IMG/VR virus record: IMGVR_UViG_3300037467_001235
Span: 1 to 63,651 of that record
Source: a virus
Taxonomy: Duplodnaviria; Caudoviricetes
Strand: one strand, 5' to 3'
DNA length: 63,651 bases
Shown here: in pieces, positions 35,369 through 43,318 of the stretch
How positions within the stretch are numbered: position 1 is the first letter of the stretch
Layout: each line of letters begins with the position of its first letter
Notes under the pieces: generated by a model
The model's input: the letters and a program-made list of their open reading frames with translations, nothing else
Databases searched by the model: none
What the model was told of the DNA's origin: nothing
Translations under genes and position numbers: made by a program

Positions 35369-36716
35369 GCCAGTCGACGCCGATGTCCTCCGGCCGAAAC
35401 TCCGCACCCTTCCGTGTCGGCCGGATCGTCACCTTCAACAGCGCGGCCACCATCTCCCGCTGCCGATCCAACCCCGCCGCATCGAATGCCGCCTGCACGT
35501 CGTCGGCGCCGATCACGCCCTCGAAGATCCTGGCTTTCTGCGAATCCGCCATCCGCGCCTCAATCTCCGCCAACTCCGTGGTTAGACGCTTCGCCGTCTT
35601 CAATGCAAACGAAGCCATCATCTGATCGTCCTGCGTGAACTCCGCTTCGAGGGCTTCCAGCTTCCCGCGCAACACAGCCGCTTTCGCACTCAACTCCCCA
35701 ACCCCCTCCCGATCCCGGTCCACCAGCAGTTCTTTCGCGTCCGGCCGCGACAGGCGACCCACCACCAGGCCCGTAACGAACTTGTCCACCATCACCTGAT
35801 TCCGGCCGATCCCATGACATTCACGGCAGATGTACATGGTCGACTTCCACGCCGTCTGCCCAGACCCCAACGTCGTCCCATCATCGCACTTGCCGCACAA
35901 CGCCAACCCCGACAACAGGTACTTCCGGCCACCAGAGCCCGGCCGCCGCCGCTCCGGATCGGCCCGGATCGCGCACACAGCCCTCCACGTCTCCTCATCC
36001 ACCAACGCCGGCCAATCGCCCTTTCGCACGATCTCCCCGTTGTAGGCGAGCAGCCCAGCCAATTTCGGGTTCACCATGTACTGGGACACGGTCGGCCCCC
36101 GCCACTGATTCCCCACCGTGGTCGTCAGTCCCGCGAGGTTCCACGCCTGCGCGATCGAACCGAACGACGAGCCAGCCAGGAACCGTTCGAACCCCTCCCG
36201 CACCGCGGGCGCCTCTACCGGGTGGGGTTGCATGTCCTCGGTGTAGCCGAACAGTCGGCGGTTTCCCCACGGCTTCCCCGCCTCCGCGCGCTGTCGGTGA
36301 GATGCTTTCTGCCGCGCCGACTTCTGATCCATCTCCGCCCGCGCCACCGCGCCTTTGATACGTGCGTACAACCGACCATTGTGAGTAGCGAGGTCGATCT
36401 CACCGGTGACGGTGACGAGCATCAGCCCCTTCCGGTCCGCGAGATCGATGAACGTCTCCAACTCGGCCGGATGCCGGTGCAGCCGGTCCAGGTCCCACGC
36501 CACTACCGCGCCGATCTTCCCTTCCTGGATATCGGTGATCAGCTGTTGATACGCGGGCCGTGTGCCCTTCATCGCGGACCGGTCGTTGTCGATGTATTCG
36601 GTGGCGTCCCAACCGTGCTCGTCGCACTTCTCCCGGCACGGGCCGCGCTGGCGAGAGATGGCGAGCATGTTGCCTTCACGGTCGAGAGACTGGCGGAGGT
36701 AGATGGCTGCGTGCAT
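35361..36716 (-). CDS. int: large serine integrase (phiRv1-like)
   Basis: IYLRQS catalytic motif, WDLDRLHR, recombinase domain, YLLSGLALCGKC zinc ribbon, coiled coil. Confidence 0.95.
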   Translation of the reverse strand: MHAAIYLRQSLDREGNMLAISRQRGPCREKCDEHGWDATEYIDNDRSAMKGTRPAYQQLITDIQEGKIGAVVAWDLDRLHRHPAELETFIDLADRKGLMLVTVTGEIDLATHNGRLYARIKGAVARAEMDQKSARQKASHRQRAEAGKPWGNRRLFGYTEDMQPHPVEAPAVREGFERFLAGSSFGSIAQAWNLAGLTTTVGNQWRGPTVSQYMVNPKLAGLLAYNGEIVRKGDWPALVDEETWRAVCAIRADPERRRPGSGGRKYLLSGLALCGKCDDGTTLGSGQTAWKSTMYICRECHGIGRNQVMVDKFVTGLVVGRLSRPDAKELLVDRDREGVGELSAKAAVLRGKLEALEAEFTQDDQMMASFALKTAKRLTTELAEIEARMADSQKARIFEGVIGADDVQAAFDAAGLDRQREMVAALLKVTIRPTRKGAEFRPEDIGVDWLS

Positions 36717-36732
36717 CCCCCGAGGCTACCCG

Positions 36733-36786
36733 ATATACGTTCTCCAGTAATGAGTTACGGCATGTAGATGACCGAAGCACGTATAT
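36733..36786. other. candidate attP
   Basis: 54-bp imperfect inverted repeat ATATACGTTCTCCAGTAAT...ATGACCGAAGCACGTATAT (15/19 arm match), centre GG 36759-36760, directly upstream of int. Confidence 0.8.
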
Positions 36787-36808
36787 GGGTTGCGCTGGAG
36801 ACATGCGA

Positions 36809-36843
36809 AGGGCCGCGACCCGCACACAGCGGACCGCGGCCCT
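36809..36843. terminator. stem-loop ending the lysis operon before attP
   Basis: AGGGCCGCG...CGCGGCCCT. Confidence 0.55.
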
Positions 36844-36853
36844 CGCCCAGCTG

Positions 36854-36958
36854 TCAGCCGACCAGAGCGGTCAGAACAGCGATGAGAACGACGCCCACGA
36901 CATGGGCGACAGTCCCCCACGGCACCGCGGAAGCGGCAGCCGAAAGACTCGCGATCAT
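36854..36958 (-). CDS. hydrophobic micropeptide (34 aa)
   Basis: MIASLSAAASAVPWGTVAHVVGVVLIAVLTALVG; GAAGGAG RBS, ATGA overlap. Confidence 0.6.
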   Translation of the reverse strand: MIASLSAAASAVPWGTVAHVVGVVLIAVLTALVG

Positions 36959-37149
36959 AATTGCTCTCCTTCTATTTCTCGTGTTTCCGAGGACTTGGCG
37001 TGATGCGCCGCGAAACTCGATTCAGCGTTCGCGTACAGGCTGAGCAGAATCACCCAGATAATCGAGTCCTTCCACCACAGGACCGAAGGAACCGCCAACA
37101 GAATCCACACCCACCCGAGAATGCGGTGACGATTGTCGGCGATCCACAT
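36955..37149 (-). CDS. small membrane protein (64 aa)
   Basis: MWIADNRH...; 2 hydrophobic segments; TGATG coupling. Confidence 0.7.
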   Translation of the reverse strand: MWIADNRHRILGWVWILLAVPSVLWWKDSIIWVILLSLYANAESSFAAHHAKSSETREIEGEQL

Positions 37150-37226
37150 CAGCGCGGACTGATGCCGAAGACACGCAGCAGGCATTGCACTGCGGCGAAC
37201 CAGGCGGCATCCAGGCGGTCGATCAC
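37149..37226 (-). CDS. micropeptide (25 aa)
   Basis: MIDRLDAAWFAAVQCLLRVFGISPR; GTGA/TGATG overlaps. Confidence 0.5.
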   Translation of the reverse strand: MIDRLDAAWFAAVQCLLRVFGISPR

Positions 37227-37291
37227 AATGGCCTCGCCATGTGGAGCAGCCACTGAATCAGCTGATACGCCAGCCACGGATTGACGATCAC
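37223..37291 (-). CDS. micropeptide (22 aa)
   Basis: MIVNPWLAYQLIQWLLHMARPL; GTGA overlap with endolysin stop. Confidence 0.5.
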   Translation of the reverse strand: MIVNPWLAYQLIQWLLHMARPL

Positions 37292-38103
37292 TTACCCGAT
37301 ACTTTTCGGATAAGGGCCGCGATCCCATCGCGCAAGGTCAACTCTTCGCCCTTCGCGTTCTGGCCCAGCGAAGAATCCGCACTCCATTCGGGATGCTTCG
37401 GGCCGAGCTGGTCCCGGATGTAGCGGGAATTCTCCAGCAGTTCGCGCTGCTCGTCGTCGCTCAATGCGGCCATGATGTTTCCTCCTGCGGTTCCAATGCC
37501 GCACACCGCGGCGAATTCCTTCGGCGACAAACCGTTCGCCGCGTTCATGTCGCAGCGGCCGAACGGGTCCGCGCCCTCCGGCAGCCCACCGCCGTACCCC
37601 TGCCCATCGGTGTACTGGTGGGCCACCATCCCCGGATATGACGGCTGTTGCCCGTACCCGGCCACCACCAGTGGCACGCCGTCCGGCTTGTCCGGCCAGA
37701 GCGTGTTCAGGTCGTAGGTGTTGCCGTAGGCGATGACCCGGCGCCGGTCGCCGAGCCAGTCGGCGATGCCCCAATACAGGCGGTTGATGCCGTCCGAATG
37801 GTCGCCGCCGATCTGCCCGCCCCACGACTCGACATCGATCATCACCGCCATCTTCGGGTGCGGCTGCCCGACCATGTCCTTCAACGTCAGCAGCGTTTCC
37901 GCCCAGTTCGGCCGGTACACGAGGTAGACGATGAAGAACTCGAGCGCGCCCTCATCGGCCCGCCGGCAACACCACGGGTAGTTGGTGGGCCAGTTCCGGT
38001 CTCGGTAGGTGCCGTCGCTGGCGCGGATCGCGATCACCGGATACGGGTACGAGTTGTCTACCGGTCGCTGCCACTCGGATACGTCCGCGTAGATCGTGTC
38101 CAT
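37288..38103 (-). CDS. endolysin (GH25-like muramidase)
   Basis: ADVSEWQ...MIDVESW...HQYTDG..CDMN; GAGGAGG RBS. Confidence 0.85.
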   Translation of the reverse strand: MDTIYADVSEWQRPVDNSYPYPVIAIRASDGTYRDRNWPTNYPWCCRRADEGALEFFIVYLVYRPNWAETLLTLKDMVGQPHPKMAVMIDVESWGGQIGGDHSDGINRLYWGIADWLGDRRRVIAYGNTYDLNTLWPDKPDGVPLVVAGYGQQPSYPGMVAHQYTDGQGYGGGLPEGADPFGRCDMNAANGLSPKEFAAVCGIGTAGGNIMAALSDDEQRELLENSRYIRDQLGPKHPEWSADSSLGQNAKGEELTLRDGIAALIRKVSGK

Positions 38104-38129
38104 GTCGTCTGCCTCCTCAGTCCGCCGAC

Positions 38130-38150
38130 ACGGTAGGCGGTGGGGGTGCA
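38130..38150 (-). promoter_or_regulatory. late-promoter motif TGCACCCC-N7-TACCGT (endolysin)
   Basis: Fixed spacing, upstream of lysin RBS. Confidence 0.8.
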
Positions 38151-38299
38151 GCCTTTGCGCGCGTACGCGGGCACGCGCGCGAACGCGCGGCACTATCCGC
38201 GCCGCTGCTGGTGCCAGGTAGTGACCTACGCAGCATTGATGCCAGCTAACTACCCGTACACGAGCATGTATGATCATGGCGTACGAAAGGAATCCAGCC

Positions 38300-38602
38300 G
38301 TGACCATCCGCTACCTCAACGCCCGCGAGTTCGCCGAGCGCATCGGCGTAGGCCGCAACACCCTGTGGCAGTACAAGCTGCCCCCGCCGGACGCGATGAT
38401 CGGTGACCGGAAAGGCTGGCTCCCGCAGACGATCGACGCATGGCAGGAACGGCGTCCCGGTCACCGCACCAAGCAGGCGGACGAGAACTGGCACCTCCCC
38501 CCGGAGGTGGCGGCCACGCTGGTACCGGTTACTCGCCCGCCATCGCGGCGAAAGCGTCAAACGACGCCAACTCCTCCTGCGGATCAAAGCCAGCCGGAAT
38601 AA
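38300..38602 (+). CDS. HTH DNA-binding protein (AlpA/excisionase-like)
   Basis: YLNAREFAERIGV...LPPPDAMIG..GW...IDAW..RRPG; GAAAGGA RBS. Confidence 0.75.
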   Translation: MTIRYLNAREFAERIGVGRNTLWQYKLPPPDAMIGDRKGWLPQTIDAWQERRPGHRTKQADENWHLPPEVAATLVPVTRPPSRRKRQTTPTPPADQSQPE

Positions 38603-38840
38603 CCTTCAACTCGCCCGACCGCGTATCGATCGTTTCCTGTCGATACATTTCGCGCTGTAATTCCTTGAGCCTGTCTGGTTCCAGATATTCCGGTAACAGG
38701 ACTTCCACGAAATTCAGTACCGAATGCATGTCCGGCAATTCGCGCAACGGGTCGCGAATGCCGGACATCATGAACCGTCCGTGAATGATTCGCCAATTGA
38801 CCGCCGCGAACTCCGCTAGGAGCGCGACGGCCCGGTAGGG
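38529..38840 (-). CDS. tail assembly chaperone -1 frameshift extension
   Basis: -1 frame open from CGC-CCT-AC: PYRAVALLAEFAAVNWRIIHGRFMMSG...AAMAGE. Confidence 0.7.
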   Translation of the reverse strand, partial: PYRAVALLAEFAAVNWRIIHGRFMMSGIRDPLRELPDMHSVLNFVEVLLPEYLEPDRLKELQREMYRQETIDTRSGELKVIPAGFDPQEELASFDAFAAMAGE

Positions 38841-39448
38841 CGGCCCGTTTCCAATGTCGCGATCTCGGTGAACAGTTTCCCGAAATCGTCCATCGTGAAC
38901 GAATCTTCGGGGTCCATCATCCGCGACAGCAGCGTCCCGAACGACAGTTCCGAAATATGGTTCTTCACGAACCGGGTTACCAGTTCGTTTTGCAACTTCG
39001 AGGGCGTGACACTCGCTCCCGCCATCGCCACGGCCGACAACGCCTCCGGGCGCGGCTTACGCACCTGGATCTTGTAGCCGTCGATATCGATGGTCTGGTA
39101 GGGCCACTTCGGGATCGGCTTGCCGTCGCTGCCGATGATCGGCTTCCCGGTGTCGACGTCGATCTCGTATGCGCTGTCCTCGACGTTGACCACGGCCGGA
39201 GTCGACGGATTCGCGTACGCGGGTTCCTGCGCGATCGGTTCACCGGTGGGCTGAATGATCTGCGGCTGATCCTCGCGTTCCCGCCGCTGCCGGACCAGAG
39301 CCTGATCCCGTTCGAGTGCTGCACGCTCGGCGGCGAGCGCTTCACGCTCGGCCCGTGCTGCGGCGCGCTCGTCCTCGATGCTGGCCGACTGCCCGTTCAG
39401 GTCCGGGAATCCACTCGGGGGTTCGATGTTCGTCATGGTGTCCTCCAT
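38816..39448 (-). CDS. tail assembly chaperone
   Basis: Acidic ORF ending ETGRPTGPSRS with an overlapping -1 ORF; start may be 39436. Confidence 0.75.
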   Translation of the reverse strand: MEDTMTNIEPPSGFPDLNGQSASIEDERAAARAEREALAAERAALERDQALVRQRREREDQPQIIQPTGEPIAQEPAYANPSTPAVVNVEDSAYEIDVDTGKPIIGSDGKPIPKWPYQTIDIDGYKIQVRKPRPEALSAVAMAGASVTPSKLQNELVTRFVKNHISELSFGTLLSRMMDPEDSFTMDDFGKLFTEIATLETGRPTGPSRS

Positions 39449-39479
39449 CCGTTACTGCTGCCCTGGGGTACAGGCGCGC

Positions 39480-39500
39480 ACGGTAGGGGGCAGGGGTGCA
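39480..39500 (-). promoter_or_regulatory. late-promoter motif TGCACCCC-N7-TACCGT (TAC)
   Basis: Fixed spacing. Confidence 0.8.
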
Positions 39501-39602
39501 GAACTCCCGCCATCAAGATTCGGGCGCCAGACTTGAAACTGGGGGCTCTACTTTCAAGACTGCTTGTGAGTACACTCTGCGGTGGGCGGGTTGATCGCCG
39601 CC

Positions 39603-39798
39603 TGCTCGGGTTGAGGATTACCGGCGGAAGCGCGCATCCAAAACAGCGAGGGCACACCAGCCCGTAGGGAATAGCTACCCAACATCGGGCCATGGAGGCG
39701 CGGAGTCTCCGAGGGGCTTGGCTGGCAGCGCAGTTTAGAGGGCCGCACTCGTGGCGCCTCGCATATCGGGTTCAACTCCCGACATCCTCGACCGAGCA
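39603..39798 (+). ncRNA. putative structured ncRNA with tRNA-like T-arm and acceptor-like stem
   Basis: T-arm TCGGG-TTCAACT-CCCGA (39766-39782); ends pair (39603-39618 with 39784-39798); upstream TACACT; downstream hairpin. Confidence 0.65.
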
Positions 39799-39824
39799 CG
39801 AACCATCCGCAAATATCGGATAGT

Positions 39825-40439
39825 TCACGGGATCACGGGCACGGAGAACAGATCCAACCTCACCGGCCCCACCTTGCCGAGCCGGGACGGTATCGGGTCA
39901 CCCCACGCGGTGGTGTACCAGTCGATACCCCACGCTGAGGTGTACCACGACACCTCCACTTTCGCCTTCATCTGCTGCCCCGGGGTGAGTGTGGCGATAT
40001 CGCCGATGGGGACCGAGTTGGTGGGTTGCCGGTCCTCCAGCAGGAAGTAGATGGCCGCGGTGCCGCCGCCCGATCCCGTGGACCCGGTGCCGAGGTCCCC
40101 GTATCCGCGCATCAGAGACTCGTCGGTGAGGGTGGGGTCTGCGGGGGAGGTGCCTGAGGAGACGCCCCATCGGGTGCGGATGGTGAGGTCTTTCAGGCCG
40201 TCGATCGAATACCGTTGCGGGCCCTGCGTCATCAGCGCGTACACCTGCTGCGATATGCCGGTGTCGTTCGTCCACGCCACATTCACCGTGAACAGGACAG
40301 TTCCGGGGGAGACGTTGGATGCTGGGGTGAAGGTCGCGCCGCCGCCCTGCGCGGTCGCGCGCTGCGCCCACTGCCACCGCCGCAACGGGTCGAGCGCCCC
40401 ATCTGTCGTGTCGAAGAAAGAACTATCAGCACAGGTCAT
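39825..40439 (-). CDS. minor tail protein
   Basis: Paralogous with the two upstream genes (VAWTNDTG...RLDLF). Confidence 0.75.
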   Translation of the reverse strand: MTCADSSFFDTTDGALDPLRRWQWAQRATAQGGGATFTPASNVSPGTVLFTVNVAWTNDTGISQQVYALMTQGPQRYSIDGLKDLTIRTRWGVSSGTSPADPTLTDESLMRGYGDLGTGSTGSGGGTAAIYFLLEDRQPTNSVPIGDIATLTPGQQMKAKVEVSWYTSAWGIDWYTTAWGDPIPSRLGKVGPVRLDLFSVPVIP

Positions 40440-40442
40440 GAT

Positions 40443-41021
40443 CTACTCCGGAGCCGCCCACAGCAGCAGCCGCACCCAGTAGGCGCGCACCACCTGGAAC
40501 GCCTGGTTAGGGTCACGCCACTGCCCCGGCGTGGTGTAGAGGGCGCGGTAACGGATGTGCGCGGTCTGCCCGGCCGGCACCACCCCCAACGACTGGAACC
40601 GCACATTGTCATCCCAGCCACGGAAGAACCTGCCGTAGTTGATCTGGTTCAACGCGAACGGGGTGATGGAGGCGCGGCACCCGATCCCGTCCTCCGTCGC
40701 GTACGGGTCGGGAGCATTCGGCGAGACGGCGATATCGAAGGACACCGCGTCATCGAGGGCGTACGTGTTCGGATTGGTCGCGACGATAGTCCGCGGTGCG
40801 CGATGCGTCGACAGCCAGCACTGCTGATCGGAGCCTGTGGCGTTGGTCCACGACATCTCCGCATCGATGAAAATCACCGGGTCCGGCGCGCGCTGAACAT
40901 TCCCATCCTTCGTGGAGGTGGTGAATCGTTCGGCCACGATGCGCGGCATCCACGCTTCCGCGAACCCCGTTCCGCGCGGCCCGGAGATCATCATCTCCGA
41001 CGAGCAGATCGCGATACTCAT
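40443..41021 (-). CDS. minor tail protein
   Basis: MSWTNATG...RLLLWA. Confidence 0.75.
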   Translation of the reverse strand: MSIAICSSEMMISGPRGTGFAEAWMPRIVAERFTTSTKDGNVQRAPDPVIFIDAEMSWTNATGSDQQCWLSTHRAPRTIVATNPNTYALDDAVSFDIAVSPNAPDPYATEDGIGCRASITPFALNQINYGRFFRGWDDNVRFQSLGVVPAGQTAHIRYRALYTTPGQWRDPNQAFQVVRAYWVRLLLWAAPE

Positions 41022-41632
41022 CGCACCGCCTCATCCAAGGTAGGGAACGCCCACAACCGCAACGTGACCCCGCGCGCCCACGCCTCGTGCAGCGGATTGT
41101 TGGCGCTGGCGTTGTTGCTCCAGGGTGGGGGAGTCCAGCAGTACGCGCGGTACTTGATCTGGATCGAGGACCCGGCCGGCAGGTCGTACCACTCCTCCGA
41201 CGCGCTGGCCGGGTAGTGCTGGTGGATGCGCGCATAAAACGGCTGGGATGCCTGGTCGGTACCCATGTCCCACGACAGCGTGGTCAGCGAGTTGACCAGG
41301 TTGTACGAGTCGGGAGTGACCGCGGACCGGTCGATGCCGACGTTCCAGCTGTCCCAAATCTGGACCGCATTCGGGTTCGACGCGATGAGGGTCCGGTACT
41401 TGCGGATCACCTGCAACCGCATCACCGAAGCCAGCGGCGAATCCGACGTCCACGACACCGACGTGTCGATCATCAACCGCCCCGGCTGCGAGGGGAGGCC
41501 CGCACTGCTGATCGTGCCGTCACCGGTGGAGGTGGCGGTCTGCTGCGCGACCAGGCGCGGCGCGGACCACTTCGCGATCCCCAGCACACCGGAGGTGATG
41601 GACAGATTTCTGGATGCGCATACCTTCGGCAT
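41018..41632 (-). CDS. minor tail protein
   Basis: VSWTSDSP...TLRLWA. Confidence 0.75.
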   Translation of the reverse strand: MPKVCASRNLSITSGVLGIAKWSAPRLVAQQTATSTGDGTISSAGLPSQPGRLMIDTSVSWTSDSPLASVMRLQVIRKYRTLIASNPNAVQIWDSWNVGIDRSAVTPDSYNLVNSLTTLSWDMGTDQASQPFYARIHQHYPASASEEWYDLPAGSSIQIKYRAYCWTPPPWSNNASANNPLHEAWARGVTLRLWAFPTLDEAVR

Positions 41633-41636
41633 CAGG

Positions 41637-42308
41637 TCAGCTCCTCTGCACCAAGGACATAGAGAACACCGTCGGCACCGGGGATGTGGTCAGGGTTGTC
41701 GACCCGATCCCCTGCCCCGAATAGGCGGCAGCCCACAGTTGAATCTTCTGGCCTGCGTTCACCCTCAATAGCCCGTTGACCTGCGAGGTAAGCCAAATGT
41801 TGTTCTGTCCGGAGTTGTCGGAGATCCGGCCGTACAACAGCGGCTGGTCATCCACGAGAACGATCACCATCCAGTAGCCTGACCCGTCCCGGAAGTGCAC
41901 AGAGCCTGACACCTGATAGATCCCGGAGACCGGGGCGTTGATCGCGTCGAAGGTCGTTTTGCCGCCCGTCCAATCCCCACCGGACTGGAAGCGTGCGCCG
42001 TCGAAGATCACCGCGGCCCCACCCGACGGGAGGGTTTGGGAGGCGTTGCGCACCACCGACACCGCGGGGACAGCGTCGTCCTGGATGGTGTCCGGGTCGT
42101 TCTCCCCGCCGGCGGGCTGGCGGGCGATGACCACGCTGCCACCGTTGACGTTCGACGCGATCAGGCTGCCGTCCGTGCTGGTGGACAGCACCCATTCCCC
42201 AACCCGCATCGACGTAGGGTTCTCCACCGAGCCGATACGGCGGTCAGTTTCGCGGGCCCATTCGGCGTCATTCTTCGGGGGCCGCGGCGATTCCGCTGTA
42301 CCGCTCAT
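41637..42308 (-). CDS. minor tail protein
   Basis: KNDAEWARE...RVGEWVLS N-terminus plus C1q-like beta-sandwich (APVSGIYQVSG). Confidence 0.75.
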   Translation of the reverse strand: MSGTAESPRPPKNDAEWARETDRRIGSVENPTSMRVGEWVLSTSTDGSLIASNVNGGSVVIARQPAGGENDPDTIQDDAVPAVSVVRNASQTLPSGGAAVIFDGARFQSGGDWTGGKTTFDAINAPVSGIYQVSGSVHFRDGSGYWMVIVLVDDQPLLYGRISDNSGQNNIWLTSQVNGLLRVNAGQKIQLWAAAYSGQGIGSTTLTTSPVPTVFSMSLVQRS

Positions 42309-43318
42309 TGCGCCGTCGCTCCCGCCTGCTCGAGTGCTGTGGGGTTGTCCGGGGTGGACAGCGACACAGCCACCTGCGTGCCAGACGACGAGCCCGACAC
42401 CTGCACCTGATCTAGGCGCAGGATCGTACGGAGATCCAGTGCAGACACCGTGACGTTGATCCCGGGCACCAACACATCCAGCTCAACTGGCGCGTCCGGT
42501 GAGAGGGTCGCGGACTGCGGCACCACCAGTTCATCCCGGATCACCGCCGACCGGCCGACATACTCTGCTGCCGCCCGCTGGATATTGCTGACCCCGAACA
42601 AGTCATCGAGAGACACGATGGACTGCAGGTGCAGCCCGGCGAGCTCCCGGCGTTCCGTCCACGCCGAGTTCTTCCCCTGCACCCGCACATCGTTCGCGGT
42701 TTTCGCGCCGGACCGTTTGATCGTCATCCCCACCGTAAAATCGCAATCCGCCAACTCGGCGGCGATCTCGGTCGGTTGGGTACCGAGGATCGGCCGACCG
42801 CGCACCACCGTCCACCGCAGCCCGAGTTTCGACAGGTCGGCCATGTCCTGCTGCACATACCGCAGATCCGCGGTCACCTGATAGTCGTACCGGGACGCGG
42901 TAGCCAGGGCCGGAAGGACAACGGGATCGGCGTCGATGCCATGGAAGGACAGCATGTCCCGCCACATATCGGCCGCGATGGGCGACACGTTGAGCTGTGA
43001 CCATTTCCGCGTGATTTGTGTACGGGTGTGCCACATCAGTGTGGACACATCCCGCGCGTCGATCGTCATACCGGTCCGGTCGCGGGTCGCTTCCTGGATC
43101 GGCCCGAACCACTGCAGGGTTCCGCCGTGCCACGCCGAGACCCAATGCGCCCACGGCGTAATCAGCGTCGACAACTCCTGCAACGGAGCCTGCACCTGAC
43201 AGCGCGACACTTCGTTCAGTTCCCGCGACCACGTGAAGCTGGTGGGGCATTCCAGCGCACCCAGCGTGGAGCCGTCCACAATGGAGTGGATGGCGAATGC
43301 CGCACCCTCAAGCTTCAC
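42305..43318 (-). CDS. minor tail protein (baseplate hub-like)
   Basis: FTWSRELNEVS...PWAHWVSAW...LVPG; second large gene after TMP. Confidence 0.8.
   Translation of the reverse strand: MKLEGAAFAIHSIVDGSTLGALECPTSFTWSRELNEVSRCQVQAPLQELSTLITPWAHWVSAWHGGTLQWFGPIQEATRDRTGMTIDARDVSTLMWHTRTQITRKWSQLNVSPIAADMWRDMLSFHGIDADPVVLPALATASRYDYQVTADLRYVQQDMADLSKLGLRWTVVRGRPILGTQPTEIAAELADCDFTVGMTIKRSGAKTANDVRVQGKNSAWTERRELAGLHLQSIVSLDDLFGVSNIQRAAAEYVGRSAVIRDELVVPQSATLSPDAPVELDVLVPGINVTVSALDLRTILRLDQVQVSGSSSGTQVAVSLSTPDNPTALEQAGATAQ

Noticed and set aside
36712-36732. TGCATCCC-N7-TACCCG on the plus strand at the int start
   Set aside because: Lacks the final T of the -10, points at no gene and overlaps the int start; not counted as a late promoter
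37190-37210. AAWFAA in the 25-aa micropeptide resembling the WAAWFAAE motif
   Set aside because: Too short and Ala-rich to distinguish from chance
39603-39798. Calling the RNA a tmRNA or tRNA (tmRNA-like T-arm; a frame reading AWLAA at 39716-39730)
   Set aside because: No G3-U70, no CCA, too short for tmRNA, LAA is followed by CAG rather than a stop, and there is no anticodon arm
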